64,000 bases of DNA from contig JBBPEB010000015.1 in assembly GCA_039096225.1 (NCBI GenBank), forward strand, positions 744,001-808,000, in the 5' to 3' direction. Both the position numbers and the translations under genes were made by a program. Below, piece after piece: positions 39,372 through 52,185 of this stretch (its first letter is position 1; every line of letters begins with the position of its first letter). The notes under the pieces are model-generated. The model was not told the DNA's origin. It did no database searches and saw only the letters and a program-made list of their open reading frames with translations. Origin of the DNA: Blastocystis sp. Blastoise. Its lineage: Eukaryota > Protista > Bigyra: Opalinata.

Positions 39372-39830
39372 ACATAATACCTATTTTTCTATGTTTATTA
39401 AATTTTTTTTTGTCTATTTTAGAATAATAATCTCAATGATTTATTGAACAGATGTAACGTTATCATCTTTGCTGAATCATAATATCTGAAATTATCAAAA
39501 ATTAAATATCGAAGATTAGAAACTAATTAAACTTTTTCGTTATGCACTCTACATATCTAAATCATCTCTCAACGATCCATTTCATACTCTACTGTCCAAA
39601 TAAGAATCAGTTTGATATTAGTATTCTTAGTAAATGAATCTATTACTGTTTCCCTTTATTATAATTAGAATCAAGGGAATCTTTTTTTTTTAAATTCAAA
39701 TCAGCTAAATAATACTGGAAGTTTTTCATCAAAAATAGAAAACTTTTAAAAAATTGAAACTATTCTCTGTATTATTTTTTGTACATTTATTGACTTTATA
39801 TATATTATTTTGATTCATAACTAAATATTA

Positions 39831-42800
39831 ATGTCAACTTTTTCTCTACTATTCTTTATTTTTGTTAATTGTATGTAGTTAAATTTTTCTTAACTAATTG
39901 TCTAGTTGCTTTTGCTATATGTAATCAAAATGAAAAAGAAATATCTCTGAAAATCAATACTGAGAGTAGTGAGTTTATCCCAACGACATTAGATATGAAA
40001 TTCTTGGATTATCATACAGATGCTGTACTTTATACTGAGAATATCGACATAATCTCTGAGTCAACAAAAGTATATGATTTCTGTTTTACTCAAAATCACA
40101 TTCAACTCTTTATGTCTCTACGGTATGCATTATTTTTTTAAGAAATTAAACATGTTTATTCTTAATCTCTTATATTTTTATTCATTTACATAATTTAACT
40201 ATCTCTGCATATAAATAATTTATTCATTTTTGATTATATCTTATTTTTAGGGATATGGATAATCAAAAGAATGTATCATTGGTTTCTGTTACCGTTAGTT
40301 TTGTCTATTTGAACTCCACAATCTATTCAACGGCTGTAAATCCAGCTGAAACGACAATTCTGTCTATTCAATGTATATATATTTGTTAAACAATAATTAA
40401 TATTTATTATAATATATATGATGTTTTTTTTTAATTATATTATTTTTTTATTTGTTTGGATATATTCATAAATTAATCTTATTATAATTGATATATATAT
40501 AACAATATATAGTCCCTATATTGAAGAAAGATACATCATTAACTTCAAAATACAAAAGTTCTTCTTCTTCCTCTTCTTCTTTTCCTTCTTCTTCACATGT
40601 CCTTCTTCAAACAAAGAATAAACCATCTCTCTCTTCTTATTATTCTATTCCTTTCCATTTACCTTCTTCTTATTATATTAGAGATATTCTATTTGGTATC
40701 CCTAACTATCCACTTAAATCATTCTTTTATAATAATTATTTAATAACTATCAAGTATAGATGTATTCTAATTTTTTAAAATTTTTATTATTATTTTTAAA
40801 TTTCTTAGTTTTCTTATCATTTTTTTTTCATAAAAATGATTATTTTTGATAAATATTTTTTTATATTCTTATATATATATATAGAAATAGTACAACATTA
40901 GGTGAAACATCTCTCAATTTCATGTATATATATATATCTTTCTATATATATTAATTCTATATAGGCATGTATTACCTATGTCTATATTTTATAAATATCT
41001 TGATTCCCGTAAGAATCAAATTAGTGTATCTCCTATATCTGAACTGAATCAGGATACTATTGAAGGTATTCTTATCTTACATCAAAGTATCTATATATAT
41101 TATGAATATGTTATAAAATCAATATATTTTGAATAATATAATACTTATACTATATTATATTATTTAATAATTATTATTTATAGTTTATCAATATATATAT
41201 ATATATTTTTCTATCTAGTTCCATTTAATCAGAAATCTTCTTGTATATCATTATCATCATTATCATCATTATCATCATCATCATCATCATCATCTTTTAC
41301 ATATTCATCTTTCTCTTATTCTCTCATTCAATATATACCTATAACTCCAATATATCCTTCTTCATTCCCGAACTGTCTCCATGAGATTCAAGTGAATCCC
41401 TCACTTCCTGAGGGTCTATATATATCGCCTAATGGTGTTATTAGTGGTATTCCTACTCAATCAGTTCAAAATCATACAGTTACGATTACTACTATAGATA
41501 ATTTAGGTTATACCTCTACAAATATTCTTTATATATATATTAAGAAATATACATGTACTTATCCAGGTCATGATTATATATTTAAAATAGATCCTATTAT
41601 TTCAGATCTATCTATTACTATTCGTAGACAACAAGAAGAACATTATATCCCCTTGATTAGGGATACTTCATTATCTACTATACATTATTGTGAATCTAAA
41701 CCTTCCTTCTATTCTATACATATATCAACATTCAATTATAAGTATTTATATATGTTGTAGTTTTTATTATATTTATATTTATATATATATTTATATTATA
41801 TATATTTATATTATATATACATATTTTTTATATCTATTCATTAATGTATATTATTATATATATATAACCTCTATCTATCTTATCATCATCTATACTGATA
41901 TATATATAGTAGAAAGCCATCATCTACTACATTATCTATTCTCTATAATGACATTACTATATATAATGCATTATTAGATCCTTCATATATTCAAACACAA
42001 TCATTTATCTTTTCTTCTTATACTCTTCTTTCTCTACTAGAGCCTTGGAATATATATTCGCCAAAAACTATAGAAACAAATATCAATAATGAATATATAT
42101 CAGGAAAAACATCAAGTAATAATATAGAATCCCAAAAGAATAGTATTCCAAAAGGTTCACGTGACAAACCGAATAACTGGCCAATTAAAGAGGAATATAC
42201 TTCTCAAATTAAGAATAACTATACTATTTTTGATATGAATGCTTATGAATATGAAGAAATCTATCCTACTGAGTCTATTGTCTATTTATATAAAAGTATA
42301 TATATTCCTTCTACATTTGATTCTCCTTTCTTTACTATGACTATTAATACAAATACATATTGTGTTATCTATATAAATGGAATCTTATTCTATACGAATC
42401 ATCATATGAAGTATTATTCTCAATTGTTACCTGCTTTTTCTTCTTCTTCTTCTATTTTGAATACAAAGAATCATAACAATTTATATATTATTGAAGACAA
42501 TTCTGAAAATATATTTATTAAAGGACAAAATAATATTATTTCTATCGAGTTATATCCCATCAATTTTTCAAAATCCATTCCTGACCCTCCTTCAAAAATA
42601 CAAAATAATAATAATAGTAATATAGAAAAACATAAAATTCCTTTTATTTTCTTTATTAATATATTTATATATCCAAATCAACATATTATTCCTCGTGGAA
42701 ATAATTATATTTCACAAGATATTATCCATAATTCACTTTCTGAATTCAATTTAGTATCTCCTTTTATACTAAATACAACTAAACAAGAATATATACAATC

Positions 42801-45800
42801 TTATTTATATTCTCCTTATATACATATATCTATAAATAGTTATTCAGTATATACAGTCAATGTTTATTCATGGATACTTGAAGCTAAAATTAATTCTGAA
42901 TGGGTTCTGATTCATTCTGAATTTATTCATTCTCCATATAAATCAACTATAGATATAAATAATGAAAATATATATTTATTATTAGCTACAAACACTATAT
43001 ATACATATCCATTTTCTTTATTAGGATCTATTGAATCTCTTCGTTTCCATATTTATTTAAGAGATGAATCTCTTCCTTATATATTCTATCCTTTATTCTA
43101 TAGTAATAATTATATATCTACATGTATATTCAAACATGATGATCTTGATTATTCTATTCCTAATACTATGTATATAATATCTCTTTGTCCTTATGGGTAT
43201 AAAGGACTTATGCTTTATAATTGTACGAATACTTTAATGAATCAGATATCTGAAGATAAGACACATTGTGAGTCACTTCATCCTTCTTCTCTTTCCTATT
43301 CTTCATCTTATACTAACTTTATCGTCAATCAACCTATTCTACCTTTAATTCCTATTTATGATAATATTATTAATCAATTTATTATTAATGATACTCTTCC
43401 TCTTGGACTTGTTTTTAATCAAACTACTGGAATTATTACTGGAATTCCTCAACAAATAATAAATATACCTATTTCTTATTCTATTTATGGATCTAATGAT
43501 AACGGTAAAACTAATATATATATACTATCCATATCTATAAAAGGTTGTAAAGAAGAAGATGGTTGGCCAAATCAATCAACAGGAACAGAAGCATCTATTC
43601 CTTGTTCTATAGGTAATTCAGGTATAAAAACAAGATTCTGTAATAAAGATAATCAATGGGAAGAAGTGAAAAGTAATTGTCATGAGATTTATTGTCCTTC
43701 TATAATAACAAATCATATTGAATATCCTAAGACATCAGCAAATACATTATATACGTCTCGTTGTTCTGGTGATTACACGGGTATTACAGAACGTTATTGT
43801 AATAGTAATGGTAATTGGGAAGATATACGTGTATCTTGTACAATATTAACATGTAATGAACAACAGGATCATGGTTATAGATGGCCTCAAATACATAGTG
43901 GTAGTAATTATACTTATGTATGTAATAAAGGCTATAAAGGTAGTATTAGTAGACTTTGTGAAAAAGGTGTTTGGAAGAATGTTATTAATGGTTGTAAAAA
44001 GATATTCTGTAATAGTACAACAGATGAAGAAGGACATATATGGCCTGAAATAGAAGCAGAACATGAACAACTATTTGATTGTCCTTTGAATATGATGGGA
44101 AATTTAAAACGTTTTTGTAATAGTGAAGGTATTTGGGAAGATATTCAAAATACATGCCGTTATTGTTTACCTGGTTCAATGCCTTTAATTATAAAGAATA
44201 AAGTAGGTGGCTGTAAGAGTTGCCCTCCTGGTCAAGCTTGTCCTGATGGTACTAAAGAAGGTATGATTAAATGTAGTGGTATTATGTATAGTCATGGAGG
44301 AGAAAAAGATTGTATTCCTTGTATTCATGGTAAAGTAGAATTAAAAACAGAAGGTAATTATATATGTCGTGTATGTCGTTCTGGAGAGATTTCTTATGAA
44401 AATAATTGTTATTCTCCTATTATGTGTATATCTGATGGTATATGGAATAAAACTAGATTAGGGTCTACTTTATATAAGAAATGCCCTAATAATGATGAAG
44501 ATGGATATATGTCAAGAAGATGTGAACGAAATAGTCTTGGACTTCCAGTTTGGGGAGATGTTCGTAATGGGTGCTGTATATATATATATGTTATTTATTT
44601 AGCTATTTTTTTTTATTATTTTATATATTATTTATTTAATTATTTTTTTTGATATATATATTTATATATATATATATATATAATCTTTATTATTTTATAT
44701 ATATTCTATAATTTTTATATATTATTATTTGTTTATTTACAAAAAAATATATAAAATATTTTCTGTTTGTTTTTACAATTATATAATAATAATAAATAAT
44801 AACTATATATCTATTCTATAGTTAAACATGAAATATCTTATGGTTATATACGTTATGAATTTAATGTTGTTTTTTCGAATTTGCCACTTTATTTCTTAAC
44901 AGATAATATTCAATTTGAATATATATCTTCTTTTTTGAAAACATTTAGTAATATCGCTGGAAATATTAAAATTGTCTATTTAAAAGAACATATTACACCT
45001 GTATATATATATATATATATATATATTTAGAATAGTTTTCTATATATATTATTATTTCAATTAATCAACATAGTATAATTATTCCTTTTTTTTTTTGTCG
45101 TTATAATTACATTAAATATATTTTTATACTATTTCCAAATATATTTAATTCAATATATATATAGTCTTCTATATCTTCATCAATACATATGCAAGTTGTT
45201 ACTTTATATACTTATTCGAATACCTTTACTCAAATTCTTTCTTCTTGGTCTTCCCTTCTTCGACAATCCCTTCAACAACGCCATCCTTCTATTTTTCATC
45301 CTTATGTGAATATTACTATATCAAATCTTTATATATCAAATAAAAACTTAGGTATATGTAAGAAGAATGGAATATGGCCAGAAACACAAGGGAATACAAC
45401 TATTCATATTCCTTGTGGAGATAGTTTTAGTTTTGGAGAAATAGAACGTACATGTATATATAAGAATGGTAAGACTTACTGGGGATCTATAAATAAAACT
45501 CAATGTTATCCTCAAGAACATTATAGTCATTATTATTATTATAATATCACATATCCATCTATTTCGATACTTTCGTTATTATTCAATTGTCCTTATGGAT
45601 ATACACCTCTTCAAGCGAATAATTTTTTTAATTCTTCTTCATCCTCTTCTACTCTTCATGATTATTATAAATCTCTTATTTCTCCTTTATATATAAAGAC
45701 AGTTCAAGAATATAATAAAGGTATGAAATCTTGTATTTCTCATAATATTACTATTTCTTCTACATTTAAATCATTTTTATTCTTTTCTAATATTCATAAA

Positions 45801-46217
45801 ACTGAAAGTATTCCTGTTTTAACAGTTCAAATAATATCACCTCTTACCCCTCATAAATTATATTCTATTGTAAGTATGTATCAAAAACCATTATTTATAA
45901 AATATAAATATTATAATGGTTATATTCTTTCAAATACAATGAAAATGACACAAACATCTTCAAAAATATGGATTAAACGAACAAATACTATACATAATAT
46001 TCAATTCAATCCAAAGAAATCTATATATACTCATATTACAACATCTACATATCAAGATTATAAATTATTTCAAACTATTTATTCTCTTCATTCTTATTCA
46101 TTTTTCGATTATGTTTCTATTTTCTTGTGGATACTTCTCTTTGTATCTATTCCACTTTTCTTCTTTTATTTTTTTATTCATTATCAATTAATTCGATGCA
46201 CAAATAATCTTTTCTAA
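39831..46217 (+). CDS. Large surface protein with He_PIG-like Ig domains, multiple HRM (GPCR-B hormone-receptor-like) Cys repeats and a C-terminal TM helix
   Basis: Signal peptide; LPEGLYISPNGVISGIP and LPLGLVFNQTTGIITGIP; about six C..W/YP.T..G....C..G..G...R.C...G.W...C repeats; single TM VSIFLWILLFVSIPLFFFYFFI. Nine GT-AG introns. Confidence 0.75.
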
Positions 46218-46581
46218 ATAATTAATAACTTTTCGTCATTTATTTGATATTATTACTTTTTTTTAGTTTTATATATATATTAAAGATATTTATATATTGT
46301 TACTGTTATTTATTTTATTCTTTTATATATAGGTATACAAACATATTATTTGATTCATATTCTATTTCTAATATATTTATTTTTATATATACATATTTTC
46401 ATATTTATTACGAAAATTATTTCATTATTATTGATATATTATATTTATTTGTTACATTATAAAAGAAGAAACACATTTTGCATTCATTTTTCTCAGGTCC
46501 ATAATTTATTTTATAACTTTTATTTATATAAAGAATATTTTGGACATTTTTTGAATTTCTAATTCTATTTATGTTATATAC

Positions 46582-46724
46582 ATAGTATAAACGATTTCAT
46601 ATACTATTCTCTATTTTTTTTATATATTTTATATATAGTATAAACGATTTCATATACTATTCTCTATTTTTTTTAAATTATTTTATATATAGTATAAACG
46701 ATTTCATATACTATTCTCTATTTT
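46582..46724. repeat. Three copies of a 36-bp hairpin-forming repeat (period 53-54 bp)
   Basis: ATAGTATAAACGATTTCATATACTATTCTCTATTTT at 46582, 46635 and 46689; ATAGTATA/TATACTAT form an 8-bp stem. Confidence 0.9.
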
Positions 46725-47389
46725 ATTTTACCAAAACAACATTATTATTATGCTATTTAAACACTGTATCATATTTAAAGGTGTTAAATTTAAAAAATAT
46801 TGATGATTATAAAGTATAGTTTGTTGTAAAAAGATAAATAATAATAATAAAATAGTTCACGATATTGATTGACTTTTCAAGAAGATAAAAGTGTTATTTT
46901 GTAGAAATATCTAAAGATTCAAAAAATAAAATGCTGAAACAATAAGATCATCGATACGATACTGACTCTATGAATGAAGTAAAGCATGACAGTATGATTG
47001 ATTGATGAAAAACAAATATTTGTTGAAAGAATTCTGTATGTTTAGTAAAATCATTTTCTTTTAGAACTATACCATTGATTACCCTTTAGAAGCCAATAAA
47101 TAAGCATGAGTAAAGTTATTTATAAGTCAATTGAATAACAAAGAAAAGAAAGAAGACATTGCCACATTGTTATTTCTAGAATTGTGTTCAAGTTTTCTGT
47201 TTTTCTCGTGGTTTTCTTCTCTTTTCTCCTCAAGAATCCCTCTTTCCCCATAATATTCGTAATATCTTTATATATGGTGTCAATATGATGAATCCCTCGT
47301 CATAGAGACAAAAAACACACATTCTACTTTTCTTATAAAGAATAACAAAACTAAATATATATATATATTATAATATTTTGATAAGTTAG

Positions 47390-49140
47390 ATGAAGTTAAG
47401 TTTAATTTGTTTGTTGTTGCTGATAGTGAATGCAGCTCAAGTTTTAGATACTCAAATTTTGTGGAAAAGAAAAGAACCTGAACTTTATGGCTGTTATAGG
47501 TATTTTTCACTGAATATAAATAAGATATGAATTAATGATATCTTTACATATAGAATCCCAGCTCTTCTTCATCTTGAAGATGATATTCTAGTAGCTGCTA
47601 TTGAAGCTAGACAAGGAAATTGTAATGATGCTACTCAAAGTGATACTATGGTTAAAGTATCTAAAGATAATGGATCCACTTGGTCTGAATCTATTAAGAT
47701 AGATTTCTTTTCAAAAGTATAAATGATATATATATATATTTTTATAAAAACTTTATTGTACATGAATATAGATATAATTCTATAATTTATAATAAATAGG
47801 TTAATGGAACAGATTCTACTGGAGAACCTGCTTTAATATATGATAAAACAATAAAAAAATTATTTTTAATAACTGAGTTTTTTCATTCTGATGCTCATAT
47901 GAATGGAAATCCAGTTATTGATATACGTATAGCTGAAAGCACTGATTATGGATATACGTGGACATTAAATCAAATTATTCCTGATCCTGGTGAGCATGCT
48001 CCTACGTATATATATATAGATTTATTGATTTTTCTAAGTTGTATATTATATTTATTGTTTTTTATTATTAATATTTATTGTTAATATTTTATTATTAATA
48101 TTTGATAATTAATATTTTATAATTAATATTTATAATTAATATTTATAATTAATATTTTTAATTAATATATATATTCTATATATATTTTTTATTTTTAATA
48201 AAATTAACAATAATAATAATTTCAATTAATCCTTTTTATTACTTATATAACTAGTGGTACCTTGACATCTGGTATTCAGTTAGATTCAGGCCGTTTAATC
48301 ATAGGATATCGTCGAGGAGATCGTAATAGCTATGCATTTATGTCAGATGATCACGGGATTCATTGGAGATTATCTACAAATAGTAGTGGAACTGGAGGCT
48401 CTGAATGTCAAGTATATATATATATATATATTATAATAGTATAGTTTTCTTTTCTTTTTTTTTTTATTTAACATATTCATTTTATATACAGTATAATCTA
48501 TGCTATGATTAGTTTATATTATTATTGTTATTATTAGGTTACTAAATTAAGAGATGGTCGTTTATATCAAACTTCCCGCGGCTATTATGATGTCCAAGGA
48601 AACCCTCGTCTTCAAGTATTCTATATATATAGATTATTTATATATATAGTCTTTTTCTCATGATGATGGAGAAACTTGGGAACAATTTACGAGTATTCCC
48701 GCGACTATTATGCCTGACCCAAATTGTCAAGGTTCTGTAGCTACTGATAAAGAAGTATATATAAATATATATATATATATGACATAACTTTGATAATTAT
48801 TATCTATTTATATAAAGAAAATAAAAATTATTATTTTTTTCAATTACATTATATATATTTTACTTATTATATCTATTCATCGAATATTTTGTATTATGTT
48901 TCTTCTCTATAGGGTAATTTATATATAAGTCACGCGAATCATACTTCTCAACGTATTGACATGACTATAAATCAAAGTAAGGATAGTTCATTAACTTGGA
49001 CAGATAGTCTATTAGTGAAGAAAGGTTTTGTTGCTTATTCTAGTCTTACTGCTCTTGATGATGGACGTATAGCTATTTTATTTGAAGGAGGAGATAAAGA
49101 TTCTTATGAAAATATTTATTTCTCAAGAGTCAAATTTTAA
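47390..49140 (+). CDS. Secreted exo-alpha-sialidase (neuraminidase, GH33)
   Basis: Signal peptide MKLSLICLLLLIVNA; YRIP motif spanning intron 1; Asp-boxes SKDNGSTW, STDYGYTW, SDDHGIHW, SHDDGETW, SKDSSLTW; SECQ, TSR, QR and AYSSL catalytic-residue contexts. Six GT-AG introns. Confidence 0.92.
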
Positions 49141-49855
49141 TAGATAGATTTATATAGTCATTAGAATGAAATTCGTTTCTTTTTTCAAATATCAATTTTA
49201 TTAAAATTGGTATTCTAGAAATATACTTATTGTTTTGTTAAAAAATATATATTACTCATTATTTCATGATTTTATTTTTCTTAATGATATGAACTATTGC
49301 GCTAAGGTATTTGTACTAATTATAATACATAAATTATCAAACCGAAAAGTTCTAGCTAAGATTGTACTGTATGATATAAAATAGATATTTTCTTTTAAAG
49401 TAAACAAGGAATACTCATTCTTAAATAAATTCTGATATTCTAATATAATCATCAAAATGTTATGAATGAATAAAGCAAAATAATTAACTAAAAATAATAA
49501 CAAATTATTGAATTAAGTTCATTTGCTGCTCATTTTATACAAATAATCATAGAAATTATCTCAAATAGTTTTAAATCAAATTAGAATAATGACCAATGCA
49601 TAGACGTCGAAGAAAAATCAATTACTACTTACTTAATTCTCTTAATTGTCATCAACTGTAAAAAATAATTTATATATCGATAAACAGACAATACTTAAAC
49701 TAGTGATCCTGTTATTGATCAATAAAATACATTGTTTCCAATGCAATATATAAAAAAACCTCTGTGAAGAAAATAACCGTAAAACTGACAATTTTTCAGA
49801 ATTATTGTTTTTTTCATTAGAAGCTCTTATCTCTTTTAATTTCCGAGAAATATTA

Positions 49856-50897
49856 ATGCAGATGAATAGAGCTGCGTCCATAGAAGAAGTGAATCCTGAA
49901 GAATTATTTCCAGAAAGAACAATTGAACCATATGCTCAATTAGATGATGAAGAACAGAAGAAAGTCGAGGCATATAGACAAGTTTTGCTTTCCATTCAAC
50001 GTTCTCCTTATTATGTTGAAGTAGAAAATAATGAATGGAAGATCGATCGTTATTCTGATATATACAATTCAAATCAATCCAAAGTTTCACTTACTTCACT
50101 TTACTCATATGATGTCTTATCAAAATATATTCCTACTGGTATTTAAATTTATTATATTTTTATTAGTTGAATACATATTCTTTTGTTATAAAAAATAAGC
50201 ATTATTTATATAATATTATTATTTTTTTTTTCTATTTTTTAAAATGAATTATTATCTATTTAATGTAATATGTATTGTATTAAACTTTTATAAAAATAGA
50301 GTTACTTGGTGATAAAGTTACACATAAAAAGTCAAATCTTAAATTGAATCTTGTAGCTATAAAGAAATTACGTGAATTAAATGAAACAAAAGAAAATGAA
50401 GAAGGAGAAGATGATGAAAAGAAGTATATATTTATATGTTTATAATTATACATTTATTCATAATATATTTATTTAAATTTTTATTTTTATATTAATAAAT
50501 ATATAATAATATTAATAAACATAATAATATTAATAAATATATAATAGCATTAATAAATATATAATAAACACATAATAAATATATAATAGCATTAATAAAT
50601 ATAAAATAATAAACACATAATAAATATATAATACTATTAATAAATATAAAATAATAAACACATAATAAATATAAAATAATATTAATAAATATAAAATAAT
50701 AAACACATAATAAATAAATAATAATAAATACATACTATAATTATAGGAAAGCTGAAGATGGTGGTGATAATTTAGATGTTGATGTTGTATATGAGGATGA
50801 TGAGAATGATAATGATTATGGCCAAAACTATTTTGATGATGATGAAGGTGATGATGATGATGGAGGTGCAGATGATAATGAAGGAGATACATATTAA
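49856..50897 (+). CDS. RPC31: RNA polymerase III subunit RPC7/C31 (POLR3G)
   Basis: PEELFP..SPYYV..IDRYSDIY..IPTEL, then an acidic tail with NDYGQNYFDD. Start codon uncertain. Confidence 0.82.
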
Positions 50898-51469
50898 TTA
50901 TATATATATATATATTTTTTATACATCTTTCTTCTTTGTTTCTCTTTTTTATTAAAATACTTTGTTATTTTTTCTGTGAATATCTTTTTGTGTTTTTAAA
51001 AAAAATAGCTATAAGCATATTTTTAATTTTGTTTAAAAATGATATATTTCACAAGTTAAATACTAATCGTTATAAATTTAAGTGAGAATTATACTTTTTT
51101 TTATTGATTAAAAGCCTATAATTCTGACATCAGAAGAATAACCACAAATACTAGACAATCACTTATAATATATCAGAGAAATCTAGTGTATTATCACAAA
51201 ATCTTTCAAAAGTATCTATTCTTGTAATAGGATTTATATCTCCTATAAACTACCACAATTACGAATAATTAAAATATATTTTAGATCACTTCTAAATATA
51301 AATGATAGAGAAATAGACTATTTTTCATTTGAACATTTCTTAAAAAATTTCCAGTTAAATTTCTAAAAATCGAGTGAAAAACAAATTCTTTTCATGAAAA
51401 GCAGTGTATGGCTAAATGAAAACTTCTTTTTTTAATATTTCTTTTTTGAATACTACTTGTTGTTTGACA

Positions 51470-51610
51470 ATGATTTACGAAGTTACTTCATATATTTATC
51501 AATCTTTCTTACGTAGTGCCTCTAACTCTCGTTATGCTAAGACTCAATATCAAAAATATTCTAGCCATGATGAAATCTCCTTTGGTGCTGGAAGACTGGA
51601 TTACGAATAA
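51470..51610 (+). CDS. Putative 46-aa microprotein (64 aa if the ATG at 51416 is used)
   Basis: Locally higher GC and C-ending codons (TAC, TTC, GCC, AAC, ATC, TCC) in an otherwise AT-rich intergenic gap; no homolog recognised. Confidence 0.5.
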   Translation: MIYEVTSYIYQSFLRSASNSRYAKTQYQKYSSHDEISFGAGRLDYE

Positions 51611-52185
51611 AAACCTTTATTTATATATATATTGTATATTTAAGGAAGAGTTATTATGCGTTTTATAATTCTATCGTTGAATATTTGTTGTAATCTAGCT
51701 GTTTAAAAGTCTTAAGCTATATATGATGTGTTTTGTTCTCTTTTTAATGAAATACTTTTTTAAATTTATTAATTATAATTCAATATTAAGTTATGATTTA
51801 ATGATAAGATCATATGTATTATTAGATGGAAATCCTAAAGACAATCTCAACCAAGAAATGAATACACTTACGTGTTCTTATTTAAATAATGATTGAGATT
51901 TGCATTGATTTCTAATAAACAAAACTTATTCAATAACTTCTCATGCTAGAATACTATTCGACATTGAAAATGAGTATGAATTAAAATCATATTGAAGAAA
52001 ATATAAAAAAAATGAAAAGAAAAGAGAAATCACAGTGTAATTCACGGGAATCAAGCTTATTACTTGGTTCTCCATTATTCAATATTTTTTTTGTTTTTGT
52101 TCATAAATAGCGGATTGTTTCTCAAGTATATTTTTATAATAAATATATCGACGTCATCTATTATTGCTTTGTCATTATAGAGAAA

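Noticed and set aside
46582-46724. CRISPR array (36-bp palindromic repeats)
   Set aside because: Eukaryotic context, no cas genes, and spacers of only 17-18 nt that are AT-only and related to each other; a minisatellite fits better.
50995-51410. Possible decayed copy of the transposon TIR (AAAATAGCT, TTTCATGAAAA)
   Set aside because: Matches are only 9-11 bp of AT-rich sequence, with no colinear extension or TA-CAG terminus.
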